Shown here one piece after another: positions 9,500 to 22,346 of a stretch of 64,000 nucleotides of DNA (positions are counted from its first letter, which is position 1; each line of letters begins with the position of its first letter). The DNA lies in the NCBI GenBank assembly GCA_958009085.1, contig OY253671.1, positions 744,001-808,000 of the forward strand, given 5' to 3'. Source of the DNA: Protoeuglena noctilucae (Eukaryota). The notes under the pieces are model-generated. The model had not been told where the DNA came from. It did no database searches and was given only the letters and a program-made list of their open reading frames with translations. The position numbers and the translations under genes were made by a program.

Positions 9500-11733
9500 T
9501 CACGCCGCGTACCCCGAGTTGCGCAGTAGGACCTGCGCTGGCTCCGCGCAGGGCCCCTGGGACAGGTTGGCGGAGCGGCACGCGGGCGGCAGCAGGGCCA
9601 TGTTGATGGTGAGGCCGCCATCGCTGTTCATGAAGGCGACGGGGAGGTCCTTGAACATGGGATAGTCGTCCTCGGCCACCTCCCACGGCAGCTCCGACCA
9701 GTCGTCCCCGACAATCGTGCTGTGGACGAGCGGCATCCGGGGGAGCGGGTTTCGGGCCACCGGCATGCCCGACAGCTCGGCGAAGGCAGGAGTCACGAAG
9801 ATCTGCGGGACAGAGTCGGGCGCAGGGAGCCTTTTCAAAAAGGACGGGGGGTGCGGAGTCGAGACTTGAAGTCTCGACCGCCGGGTGGCACGCGTCGAGG
9901 CCAATCAGCGCAACGCCGTGTCGCCGAACGCACCATGACGCCGCGCACGAGGCCCATGGCGCCCTCCTCCACGTAAGCCTCGTCCCTCCGCGCCCATGGC
10001 TCGCCCGCATCGAGAGCGGCGCGCCACACGGCGAGGGCGGCAGGGACCCCATCAATGGCCGTCACGTCTTCGATCGGGTGAGCGGTGGGAGTCCACGTGC
10101 CGTTCGAGTGCCCGGCGCGGGAAACCAGCAGGTACCCACGGCGCCTGAGACGAGGGAGCAAGGGCAAGCGATGGCGTTGGTCCATGCCACGGCGACGATG
10201 ACTGACTTAGGCAGTCGTAAGTCATTAGTCGCATAAGCGCGCTGCCAGTGGAAACAGGAGCGCGCATGGACCGCGCACGTTCGGGTTGCGCTGCGTGGGA
10301 ACGAGAAGCGCCCTGTCTGTCCGGCATCGGTATCATCACGCGCAGATCGCACCTCATGAAGTTGAGCACGGCGTTGCCGGTGCGCGCCGAGACGGTGATC
10401 TGGACCATGGCCGGGGCGTCCTCGCTCGAGAGCCAGGCCATGGACCCCTGCAGCACCTTGGCCTCCAGCCCAGGCATGTCGATGCGCATCACTGTGGGGC
10501 CGGGGGCGGTTCTCAGGGCTCGAACCAAAGGGCAGTAGCCTGCCAAACTACTGCCATCATGCATGGTCGAAACAACAGTCTCCGTGTGTTATGCAAAACG
10601 CGCCTGAGGAGACGGGGAGGCCGATGCCGCGTGCCGCGATGGCGTCAAAGGACGTGCCCAGGACGGTGCCGTACACGTCGACGGAGGCCCTGCGAGCAGC
10701 GAATGCGGAATCGATTGATGCGCGCAGGGAGCCATGACAAGCCTATCGCTGTGCTGTGTCGACCACTGTTCTGCCTGCAACCACGCGTCGTGCGCACCGC
10801 TGCTGCGCGTGCGTGACTGAGGTGACACCTCAGTCGCCAGTACCAGTCCTGCGCCCATCTGCATGACCGAGCTGCGGCCCTGCGCGCGCACCTGTCGTCG
10901 CCGCAGAAGACCCCAGTGCGTGCCGGCCTCCCCAGCTGGGGCCCGATGGCGCACTCGCCCTCAGCGTCCGTCATCGCCACCGCCAGGAGCATCACGCGGC
11001 TGCCGGCGTCCGGGTTCATGCACAGCGAGCGCTGCAGGGCCGTCCTGCAGGATGGGGCACACGGCTCAGGTCGGACCCCCACGTGAGTGGCAGTCACAGC
11101 TCAGCACCCGCACTCCGCACGCGCGGCCTCTCCGCTCGCCTGTGGAAGGGCATGGGCTCGAAAGCGACGACCTGAAATCCCGCCCGGGCCACCGGCACCG
11201 TGTACGCGCCGATGTCCGCGCCCACATCCACGAAGGTGGCCTGGCCCTTGCTCGCCTCGAGCGTCTTGAGGGCCCAGAGGGTCAGGGTGACCAGGGGCGG
11301 CTCCACGGCGCTCGCATCGGCCAGCACGGCCGCGGACGTGGGCTTGCTCTCCTGCATCACTGCGCTGGGGTCCACCTGCACAGGGTGGGGCGCCGCGGGT
11401 TGCGCTTCGGCCCAAGGCCTGGGAATGCCGCATCAGGTCGCGCGGGTCCCGCCTACGCACCGCAGAAAGGAAGACGTCGTCCTTGAAACCGGCGTTGGGC
11501 GCGAGCGCGTGCAGGAAGGGCAGCTTCATCTTGGCAATGTGGAAGGCGGGGGCAGGACCCGCCCAGGTCCCCGCCACGCCGCGGGTCCCCTTGGCAGGAT
11601 CCTCGGCGTTCATCACGCACACCAGGAGGGCCTCGCTCACACCGGGTATCGAGGAAAGCCCCGCCGCGACCAGGGCGCGCGCGGGGATGGCCAATGCAGC
11701 CATGGCCGCCCATGCCACCAGGGACCTCCACAT
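9500..11733 (-). CDS. FkbM-family (Methyltransf_21-like) SAM-dependent methyltransferase with signal peptide and C-terminal extension
   Basis: FVDVGADIGAYTVPVARAGFQVVAFEPMP, LQRSLCMNP, MRIDMPGLEAKVLQG, FMRRRGY. Hydrophobic N-terminus MWRSLVAWAAMAALAIPARA. Multi-exon. Confidence 0.75.
9858..9878. repeat. Perfect inverted repeat GTCGAGACTT-G-AAGTCTCGAC in an intron of the FkbM-like gene
   Basis: The 10-bp arms are exact reverse complements with a 1-nt spacer. Confidence 0.85.
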
Positions 11734-12506
11734 GGTGGGATCCTGCGACGGAGAATGGGGCCGTGGATGAAGCAGCTCGAGAAGAACCGGCGGAGACCGA
11801 TCGGATCATCGGATCTCTGGGGAGTCCTCTGATAATCAGGTGACAGGGTGGGGACATTGACCCCCGCAGACGGCGCGAGGCATGCACGAAGAGGTGGATG
11901 GGACATGCCGCCAGGCTACAAAGTCATCATATCACCCAGCTAAGTCGCGGCGAAGGACGGCAACCTCTCCCGGGGGCACACCTGCACACCTAAAATGCAC
12001 CTGCGCAGGGAGTCCCGCCAGCTGCTGTCCCTTGATCCCGCTGTTCAATGAGTAGCCTTGCAAGTGCCAGGCGACCCTCAAAGTCGCGATCCTCTCCATG
12101 CTGCCAGTTTTTGAAGCGCCAGCGGAATGCCTGGGATCCCAAAGCCCTGCGCGACCTTCCGCCAGCCTTGCATCATTTCCTGCAGCAAGGGTTGCGAAGG
12201 AATTGTCCTGCGAAGCGCGCGCAGTGCCGTACCCTTTTCTCAGCACATAGCAGGGGCCATGGGGCACAGCTCTAGGCGATTGGGGGCCCGATTGCCGTGA
12301 GCCTATTTGCCCATTGCGTATGCAACATACTCGATCGCGTGGCGATACGTGGGGTCCGGTTTAGCTGCTGAGCTTGTGCCGGCCGGTTTGCGCCAGCTAG
12401 GCGCGACCCGGCTGGCCGCGGAAGGGGCCCGAGCATCTCAGCAGTACTCATTTAGTCTACGTGGTCATCTGCCGCTTTGGCTTCGGCAGTAGGGCAACGG
12501 TCAGCG

Positions 12507-14521
12507 ATGGTGACGGAGCGCGAGGCCAAGCGGCGCCGCAGCGGCGTCCCTTCGGGGCCCGCAGACGCCGCGGCCGGGGAATACAATTTTGCAGCCAAGG
12601 CGGGCCCGTATATGGAGAGGGAGGCGTGGTTACAGAGCCAGGAGGCCAAAGGTGGGCCCAGCGGGCGGGCTGTCGTGTTGCTTAAGCGTGTTCCTCCGCG
12701 CGCCCCGCCCCGCCGCACGTGCGCCGCTCATTCTCACAGGGGAGATCGCATTCGAGTATGTGGTCAACGACGGAAGCGACCAGGCTCTCATGTGGCTCGT
12801 GGGCCTGAAGAACATCTACAGCCGACAGCTCCCGAACATGCCCAAAGAGTACATTACCCGCCTGGTCCTGGACCGGCGCCACCGGTCCGGTGAGCCAGGC
12901 GGCCGGCGCCGCTGTCGCCCCGGCATCGCTGCGTTGGGCCCCGCAGGCCCCGCCGACCCTGGGAACCGCCCGTGCCTGCAGTCGCGCTGGTGCGGTGTTC
13001 GACCAAGCAGACCATCGGGGGCATCACGTACCGGCCGTTCCAGGAGCAGCGATTCGCCGAGATCGCCTTCTGCGCCATCACCGCCACGGAGCAGGTCCGC
13101 GGGTACGGCACGCGTCTAATGAACCAGACGAAGGAAGCGGCGGCGAAGCGGGACGGGTGCACGCGCTTCCTGACGTACGCCGACAACAGCGCGGTCGGAT
13201 ACTTCGCCAAGCAGGGCTTCACCAAGGTGAGCTGCGGCTGTGGATGCACGGCCCGTCGCTCGTGGAGGTGCGGTGAGACGAGTCTCAGCCCCGGTGCCTG
13301 TGGCCCCAACGCAGGAGATCACGCTGCCGAAGGACGTTTGGGGCGGCTTTATCAAGGACTACGATGGCGGGACGCTCATGGAGTGCGTTGTGAGCCCCGA
13401 GTGAGTCGCAGGGCAGGCCAGCAGTGAGGGCGGGCACGGCTGACACACGCGCGTACTACTGATCGACGCCCTGTTGCCTGCTTTCAGGAGAATGGTCCAC
13501 ACGGACATCCCGGAGACGGTGCGCCGGCAGAAGGCCGCCCTGTGGTCCAAGCTGACGGAGATGAGCAGCCTGCACGTGGTGCACAATGCGCCGTCGCAGT
13601 TCCTGCGAGCGCGGGAGGAGTACGAGCAGGCCTGGTGAGCTCGCTGCGCCGAGCATGCATGGGACCGCGTGGTCGCGCCTGCGCTGAGGCTGAGCGAGCA
13701 GCTTCTTGCTCCCGCAGTGCATCGGGGAGGAAACAGTTCGAAGCGGCGGGACGCCTCTTCACGCCGCCGCGCTTCACGGCGCCCCCGCTGGACCCGTCGG
13801 ACGTCCCGGGGCTGCCGGACGTGGCGGTGGCGTCCAGGGCGTCACCCGAGGGCGCCCAGAGCGCGGGGTACGTGATCGTGGGTGCGGCTTTGGGGGAGAA
13901 GCGAGACGTTTACCCGACGCCAACGCACCTCCACACGCTCATGCGCGCCGCGTGGGAGGAGATGTCGCAGCACCGAGACGCGTGGCCTTTCTTGGCACCC
14001 GTGGATGCCAACGAGGTGACTGGACGATGGAACGGACCTGGGGCTGCACGTATGTATCGCGGCGGCGTGGGACAGTCACGCTCGTCTTTTTTCTTAAGGA
14101 AGTTGCGACTGGGGCAGAGACCAAGGGAGGGAAATGCTAGTTGGGGGACGTCAGTCCTGGATTCTTGCGCCCCCACAGGTGCCAGATTACTACACGGTGA
14201 TTAAGGACCCGATGGACATGGCCACGATCGAGCAGCGCATCCAGACCGGCACGTTCTACCGTAGCCTGGAGATGCTCGTTGCCGATTTCAAGACCATCTT
14301 CAAGAACTGCAGGTGGGACGTGCAGGGGGCGCACCGGTCGCCGCCGAGAGTGTGCATGGCGGCTAGCAACTACCGGCACGAGCTGCCGCGATTTGCACTT
14401 GCTGTGTCGTCGCAGGTACTACAACGCACCCGAGACCGTCTACTACAAGGCAGCGGACGCCCTGGACAAGCACTTGGAGAAGTGGCTCAAGGAGCGCATC
14501 GTCCTCGTGCAGAACAAGTGA
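12507..14521 (+). CDS. GCN5: Histone acetyltransferase GCN5 (GNAT domain + bromodomain)
   Basis: [90 protein letters not shown]. Bromodomain [32 protein letters not shown]. Confidence 0.97.
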
Positions 14522-15937
14522 CAGAGTCAGCCACAGTTGGCGTTCACGCTGAGATGGTGGCGGGATCGCAGTTGGGACGAGGGGCGCGAGTGCTGCGGCT
14601 GACGCGCCCGTCGCCCCTTCACATGGCTGCCTCTCTGAAGGACTCCCGGCGGTCCGCGGCGACGTCCGCATCGTCACCAACGCCGTCCGACTCGCTGCCC
14701 TCGCCGGCCGCGGGCTCTGGGGCCGACAGCGCGTGGGGCGTCGGGCCAGCCCTGTGCCGCGGCATAGTGACCGGCGCGGGAGGGAGGGCCACTTGCGGCC
14801 GGGGCGCGGACGGGCGTAGCATTCGTGGGTCGACGGCGCCGCGCTCGTCCTGTGTAGGCGGAGAGGCTCATGCATGAACACCACGCATGAGCAACGTGCT
14901 GCGTCAATGTGCTTTCCTGACCTGCTTGCGGCGTCGTCACCTTGGAGCGGTCGTCAAATGGTAGCCCACACAAGGACGCCACAGCCCTTCCGCGCAGCTT
15001 GTATGCGGGAGTCTCTTTCGCGACGGACGCGCGGAGCATTGCAGGGGGCCTGCAGGCGTTGTCAAAGCGCTGCGCTTTCCTGAATCCGTCGCAAACGATG
15101 CCTTCATCAAGTGAGTCCAACGCACCTCTCCAGCAGGGACGCGTGGAAGTCGCGCCCTGTGGCCACGTGCCAGGGCTCGAGGGACGTCCGGGCCGAGGTG
15201 CTCGGGACGTCATCCGCTCGCTCGCCCAAAGCCATCTGGACAGACCGCTATGCCAATGCGCGCCAAGCGGCAGCCCCGAGGAGCCCAGCGGCTGCCCCCA
15301 CCGTCAAGGCGCGGTGGAATCCTGTTGGCCGTTGGGGGGCTGCAGGGACGGGCGTGGGGAGATCCTGCGCGAGCGGCGCTGCGTGGAAGCAACAACCATG
15401 CTCTCCAGCACCCGTGACCAGCGTCTCTCGAGAAACCGTGAGCGCATCGACGCATACGGGACGCATTGCCACTGGGCGTGGCAAACGCACCCAGGTAAGC
15501 GCGATAGAAGAAGGTGCTCGCCAGGGCCGTGAGAGTGACAGTCCCCGTGACTCGGCACGCGTTGCAATCCGCCTCCACTCCCTCGTCTTGTCGTCCAGGG
15601 GGTCGGGAGCTTGGTGCGTCCATCGAAACGGCTTGATGGCGCTGGACCCGATCGAGACAAGCGTTCGCTGCAAACTACTTATGTTGAACAGGAAGCACTC
15701 GCCAGCAGGGCGCCGCGCAACGCCAGATCCCTAAGTGTTGCACGGCGCAAGAAAAGTCCCTGAACGGGCCAGGCGCGCCCATCTCTCAGCCCCGCAATGT
15801 CCTCAGGGCAGCTTATGTTTTGAATCGCACACGCGGGCTCGCTGAGAATTCGACATAGTGCTCGTTTGGGTCGACCCTTTTGCATTGCTGTCATGCCGGC
15901 GTTGTGCGCGCCCGGTGGGGCCCTTGGGCCCTTTCCC

Positions 15938-18317
15938 ATGCGCTTGAGAAAAGTTCACACTTGTAGTCGTCTCGTGTGTTGGTACAAGCCCGCCCGCGGC
16001 GACCAGGGGCAGCGCCGGGAGCCTCCAGGCACGCCGCCCGAGAAGCTCCCGAACTTCTACCGCACTTCTGCGGGCGCGGACACTGTGCTGTTCGAGGAGC
16101 TTCCTTTCAGGTGCGCTTGACACGCAAGCCTAGCCGGCCGACTCCGCAGCGGCCGCCGGCTCACGACGTAACTGTCGAAGCAGTCCCCCGACCCACCACT
16201 GCTTCGAGGTCCGCAGCGGGGACCGTCTGATGACGTATCGACAACAGCAGCGTCTCGGGATGAGGAACTCGCACCGACCTCCGCTGGACTCGCCTCCGGA
16301 CGACCTCGTCGAGGCCGTGGTGCGTGTGTGCGAGAACCCAGGGACCTTTTGGTCCGACGCCAACGCGCAGGTGAGGGACCTTGATGAGGTCATTGCGGTA
16401 GCACGCAGTATCTGCCGTGTCCGCTGCCGACCCGTGCGCGCCCTCGCCTGCAGTGCGCACTCGACGGGGAGGTCAACCAGGGGCGCGGCTTCGTGCTGAC
16501 GAGGGCGGGCTTCCACCGCAGCGACGACCCCGAGGCGACCCTGACGCAGTCGACGCCCCTCCTGACTCAGCCGTTCTGGCTGTGCTACCTCTGGGAGCCC
16601 GTCTACATTAGCGCCGATGCCGTCCGTGCCACCCTCAGGTACGGGCGCCCCGCCCTGCGCAGCAGTGTCACCTGTGGATGCCCAGAGACCCTCGCGCATG
16701 GACCGAGCAACAAGAGCCCTCCTGGCTGCCCGCGCAGTCTGTTCGGTCCCGATCTCTGCGCCGCCACTGGCATTGGCCCCGACGGGCACAGGCACTGTGG
16801 CCCGGGGACCGACTCGGAGCCGGGCGCAGAGTCGGGCGGGGCGGTGGGAACGGCGCCGGTCGTGTGCGGGACTGCCGACGCGATCAACTACGGCACCAGG
16901 CTGGCGTCCCCATCTCAGGCTTCAGTCGCAGGGGCACCGTTGTCGGGTGGTATGCAGGCGATGGGCTCCCCCGCCATCCTGCGCCTCTTCCCCCACTGCC
17001 GCCACCACGCCGGAGACGGCTCCCCTGCACGCATCTCGCCTAACGTCGACCCCCGCCGCGTGTCCCGTCTGCTGTCGCGCTTCACGCTCTCAGAGTGCGA
17101 CCTCTTGTTTGTACTGCACTACGCCGAGGCTGCCCTGTCCAACCCTTTGAGTGGTGAGGCGCTGGGGCTCGCAGGGTGCGATTGCGGGTTCTGTGGTAAG
17201 GGTGCAGGCGTCTTTGCAACTCGGTTGTGGCTGCGGGCGTGGGGGGTGAGCAGTGATGTCGACTCTTGCCCCGCTGCCGCAGGCGCGTGCAGCTGCCAGG
17301 GCAAGGGCCGGCGGTCGTCCGGGGCAGCCCCGCGCCCGGCGCACGAGTGCAACCTGTTTGATCTGCTGGGGATACCCCACAGCGAGGTCCTGAGTCATGT
17401 CACGGGCCGGACTCAGTCGTTCCGAGGTGCGGCTTGGCTGACAAAGACCCCACCTTTCGCTCGCGTCTGGAAACGCATTCCGTCCTTCTCATCTTCGTCA
17501 TGGCATGACGGTGAGCCCAGACGCACCGCCCCTCGTCTCGCGCGCAGACCTCGTCACGTGTCAGCCGGAGCCCCCACGCAGCCAGCAGGTGGCTGAGGAC
17601 AGTTTGAACAGCATGGACATCGAGCTGCAGGGCGTGGACATCAGGTGAGCGCAGGTGGTGTGGATACCTAGTAGGTAATGTCAACCAGAGATCCGTTCCG
17701 CAGCTCTGGCTCATCACATCGCATTAGTAGCCGTACCACCACCCGCGCCTTACCTGCACTTTACCCCAAGCCCCGCATCGCACACCCCCCTCGCTCCCTC
17801 CTTGTCGAGCGGGCCTCTCACTCCACCCTCGCTCTCCCGCACGCCCAGTGACCTCCCCGAGGAGTGTTTCGTGTCCTATTCAACGATGGAGGACCGTGCG
17901 GATGAGACGGGAGAGATCCAGGACTCTCCCAGCGACTCCATGGTCGATGACCCGGAGGCGTGGGTCAAAAGGGAATTTGAATATTCGACTGACCAGCGGG
18001 GGGAGGCCGAGGGCGGCACGTGGGGAGGGGAGCGCGGGGCTGTGGGGCCGGACGCAGGGCACAACGGGGCGGGTGTGAGGGGCGGGTACGGGAGGGATGA
18101 GGATCGGAGGGTGGTGCTGACAGCGATGCGGGAGGGGCGGCCGCTGTCGGGTCACATGGCAGATCTGGCCAGGGAGATCCTCGGGCAGCGGAGCGAGGGC
18201 GCGAGGTCGGTCCCACGGGGCCGCACGCGCTGCGAGTACGTCGGGGGCCGCAGCGAGTACGTGTACGCCGTGGACGGTGTCGTGGACAGCCAGCGGATGG
18301 CCGAGGAGTTCCGTTGA
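15938..18317 (+). CDS. Hypothetical multi-exon protein with Cys-rich central region and acidic C-terminus
   Basis: Phase-compatible GT-AG junctions link the large 16.5-17.4 kb exon, an exon DLVTCQPEPP..QGVDIS and the last exon (DLPEECFVSY..AEEFR*). No family recognised; start uncertain. Confidence 0.5.
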
Positions 18318-19641
18318 GGTGGTTGGATGGGGCAAGGGGTGTGCTGCTGGTACACGCACGCTGTGTAGGGGTGGGGGTGGTATGTGTTGGGGTGGTGGGC
18401 ACTAGGTGGGCAGTGGGACGGTGGTTGGGAGGGCGCTTGCTCAATTGTGTGGATTGGAGTTCAGCAGCGCACCCTCTTGCTGCGCTTGCGCCGTGGCTGC
18501 AGGTTCTGGTGCACGTGGGGCAAGGCCACATCACAGCGTGTCAGGCTCGCAAAGAAGTGAGAGCATCCTGGCAGCATTCAGGGCACGGAGCTGTTCAACA
18601 GAGCCCCGACATAACAACAGCGCAGCTTCTGACCACGCAACAGCAGGGAGCCCACACGAGGTAGCGTAGCACTCGGGCATTGGCTCTGGTGTCCCGATTC
18701 ACCTGCTTGAAGAATGTAATGGCGCATGCACCTGATTGGCAAGTGAACAACGGCGACGCAGGAACGGGGAGGTGCAACCAGCCTCACGTGTGCGCCTTTG
18801 CCAGGGTGTAACTTTGGGTGACAGTCAAGAGGCAGTGGGCGTGCAGAGGGTCAGAGAGCCCCTGGGCAACGGGAGGAAAGAGAGAGAAGGGCCGCGAGCC
18901 CCCAGGTCCGTCAAAGGCCCGTCTGCTGCAAAGGTTGCAAGGGTTTGTGTGGGGACAAAGGTGTGTCGTGGTCGCAGTGGCAACTTGGAAACCAAAGATG
19001 CACATAGTCTGCGTCTTTGTGCTCAACCAAAGGTCCCTTCCGGTCAACGGTGTCTGGGGTGGCGAGACCGTGGTGGCCAGGGGGCCCCGGTTCTCCCCGG
19101 CAAAGGGAGCGTGCTGCACTGGCGCTGTGGCTCTGGCGAAGGGCTTTACCTGGCCCATTGTGAGGCCATGGAGTGCCCCGCAACGTGTCAACGGAGCGGT
19201 TACGAAACTGTTCGCGAAACTGTTTGCAAACGCACGGCTCGCTGGCCACCGCGCCAGCTCAGCGTTTCCTCGCACTCTCCCCCAGCGACCTCTAACAGAG
19301 TCAACGCCGCTGCAAGAGGCGAGCAGAGGGCAAGCCCAGCATGCAATCTCCCCTAAGTGTAACGCTGACTCGGTGTGGCTTGCGCAAGGCGGGAAAGGGT
19401 GCTTGGGATTACTGTCCCCCCAAGGCCGGAAAAGGCCTGAAAGTGGTCTGTGAGAAGGGACCCGGCGCTCAACATCACCGCCGGTCAACCTGCAAGGCCC
19501 CGCAAATGGGCCGACCGGGCAAGGAGCACTGCCCCGGGAAGCGAGCCTTCCCGCCAGTGTGCAAACACAAAATGGGCCATGCAGCAAGCGCAATTGCCGA
19601 CTCACCTGTGCCGTGCGGCGTCGTACTCGTGGTCACGACTT

Positions 19642-22025
19642 TTAGTAGGGAGAGTAGCGCTGGTTGGGTGGGCGACTGCTGCGCCCACCAGCACCGCCAC
19701 CGCCGCCGCTGCCGCCGCCGCCGCTCCCGCCGCCGCCGCCTACGGTGCGCGGCATCCCAACGTAGCTGGACCCCGAGTTGGTCTCCGCGGTCGGACCCGT
19801 CCCGGGCGTGCCACCACCGGCGCCCGTGTCCGCCCCCATCCCGTCCCTGCCTCCCATCATGCCCATGGAGCCCACCCCGCCCATGCCGCCCGACATGGTC
19901 ATGCCGCCCATGTTGCCAGCCATCATGCCCATGTTACCCCCCGGCATGCCCATCATGTTGACCCCTGCGAGCGGGCAGGGAGCGAGGCGTCGCCAACGCA
20001 CCGAAAACGGCTCTCGTTTCCACTTCTGTTGATCAGGTCCGCTGAGCACAGCGGACGGGCTCAGCGCTGGGTCAACTCCATCGCGAGGCGGCTCGGCTCA
20101 CCCATCGTTGGGCTCATCCCCACGCCCATGCCCCCGCTGCCCATGCCGGGCTGCATCGACCCCATGCCCAGCGCCTGCATGCCAGAAACGTCGTATCCTT
20201 GGGGCACCGCAAAGCCCTGCAGCCCCGACGCGTCGTACCCCATGCTCCCAAGCACCACGTTGCCCATGCCGCCCATGCCGCCCGCCAGCCCCCCAGGCAT
20301 GCCCGCGCCGACGTTGCCCATCCCCATCATCCCGCCCATCCCCGCCATGCCGACCCCGCCCATCGGCACGCCACCCATAGCAGCCATCCCAGGCATGCCG
20401 CCCATGCCGGCCATGCCCATCAGGCCGTTCCCGACCATCGAGTTCCCCACCATGCCCATCCCGGGCCCCATCATGCCCCCGCCCATGCCCATGCCGTTCA
20501 TCCCGCCCATCGGGGAGGCCATGGCGCCCCCCAGCATGCCCATCGACGGCACGGCGCCCATCGCCGGGCTTATCCCAGGAGCCCCCACCCTCACGCCGCC
20601 CCGCATCCCCCCCGCACCCGGCCCCAGACCCCCGCCCCCGCCGCGCCCCCTCGGCCCTCCGCCCTGCCTCCCGCCGTCCCTCCTCTCCGGCTCCTCCTGC
20701 GCCGTCCGCTTCACGTCCGCCTCCAGCCCGTTCGGCATGACGTGCTTGGTCATGAGGCACTTGTCGACATCGAGCGAGTCGGCAAACGTCACGAACCCGT
20801 ACCCCTTGCACTTCTGCGTCCGGTGCTCCCGGATCACGTTCGCCTCGACGATCTTCCCGAAACGAGAAAAGTACGCGTGGAACTCCTCGTCGGTCATGTC
20901 CCCCAGGGCGCCCACGAAAATCTTCGACGAGGGGTGCTTGCCCCCGCCAGACTGCGCGCGAGATCGCAGGGACGCGGTGGGCAGGCAGCGGCACAGAAAG
21001 AGAGATGCCAGCGAGCGAGGTGAGTCCGAGAGACAAGCCGACAGGCCCTGGGTTGCTGTGTGCGTGGCGCCAGTGGGGGCATGCGATGACGGAAAGACCT
21101 GCATCTTCCAGCCCTCACCTGGCCCTTGGGCGCCTGGGCACGGGGGTCGATCGTCACGCCGTCGAGGATGTGGCCGTTCTGCTGCCGGTGCTCCAGGAAG
21201 GCGATGGCCGACTCGGGCCGTTCGTACACGACAAAGCCGTACCCCTTGCCCTCAATGACGCGGCACTCCTTCAGGTCGCCCCACGTGGAGCAGTAGCTGC
21301 GGAGCGTATCGGCCGTGGTCTTGTCTGAGAGATCGCCGATGAACAGGGAGCCGGGGACGAAGTCGGGGCGCTTGGTCCCGGGGATGGCGTGGCCCGTCCC
21401 GGGCATGCCCGGTCCGCCCATCGCGGGCACGGGCCCGGGGAAGTTGCGCCCCCGGCCCCCGCGCGCGCCACGCGATCCACCGCCTCCGCCACCGCCGGCG
21501 CCTCGGTTCTGCGGCATGGGGCCCCCCATCGGCCCAACCGCGCCGGGTCCCATCCCGCCCGCCATTAACATCCCCGGCGGCGTCATCGGCATGCCCTGCA
21601 CGTCATCAAAAGCGTCACGCAGCAATCGAGAGGTGCAGGTCGGGCCGAGGGGCGGGCGCCGCGCGCCGGGCGGGGCGCGCAGTTCTCATTCCCTGCACGG
21701 CCCCCCCCGCACGCCCGACCGCTCACCTGCATGCCGTCCATGGTCACCGGCAGCAAGTCATACCCCTGCATCTGGCCCTGCATCTGTCCGGCGAAGTTTC
21801 CCCCCAGACCCGCAGACACGTCCCCCAGGGCCATGCCCTGCGGCAAGGCGACGCGAAGACGTGGCTTTGGACGCGGATCGCGCGCCGTATGACCGTTTCT
21901 AGCCCGCGATCGCAGTCGGGCAGCGATCGCGACGTGGATAATTAACGGCGCCAACAACGAACGTTCTGGCTTCGGAGAAACAGCTCTGCCCTCACCTGCG
22001 AGCTCCCCATCATACTCCCGTCCAT
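19642..22025 (-). CDS. Two-RRM RNA-binding protein (hnRNP A/Musashi/DAZAP1-like) with Gly/Met-rich low-complexity regions
   Basis: RRM1 LFIGDL..KGYGFVVY; RRM2 KIFVGAL..FSRFGKI..KGYGFVTF. C-terminal RYSPY is PY-NLS-like. Probable start MDGSMMGSSQ at 22025. Confidence 0.9.
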
Positions 22026-22346
22026 CCCGTCCCCTCTGCGAGTCCCGAGCGCTTGCACAAGGAGCCCGGGCTCCGCCAGCGCCGCAATCGCACCGAGGCG
22101 GCCAGCGATGCTGCAGATGACGCAATAGAGCGCGGAATGCCGCGAGTGCTGCTTTCGTCGAGCGCCCGGGCAATGTGCCAGCGACACCAGGGACAACCCC
22201 GACTTCGAAATCTCCAAATTTCGCCGTCAAGGTCGACTCCGCCTGTGCACGGAGGTGAATAAAGCGCGATGTCATCTGTTTGGAGGCCTCGAGGAGAGGC
22301 TCCTGGATCCGCGGGGGGAGCTCGCCTCCCCGCGGCCCGCAGGGCC

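Noticed and set aside
14600..15900. Overlapping ORFs downstream of GCN5 as a possible mobile element
   Set aside because: No transposase, RT or integrase motifs, TIRs or LTRs seen; probably UTR or intergenic.
18320..19640. Lower-GC 1.3-kb stretch as a possible ncRNA or insertion
   Set aside because: It lies between two convergent 3' ends; no tRNA, snRNA or snoRNA structure recognised.
19450..21258. 602-aa Pro/Met-rich plus-strand ORF
   Set aside because: Antisense shadow of the Gly/Met-rich RRM gene.
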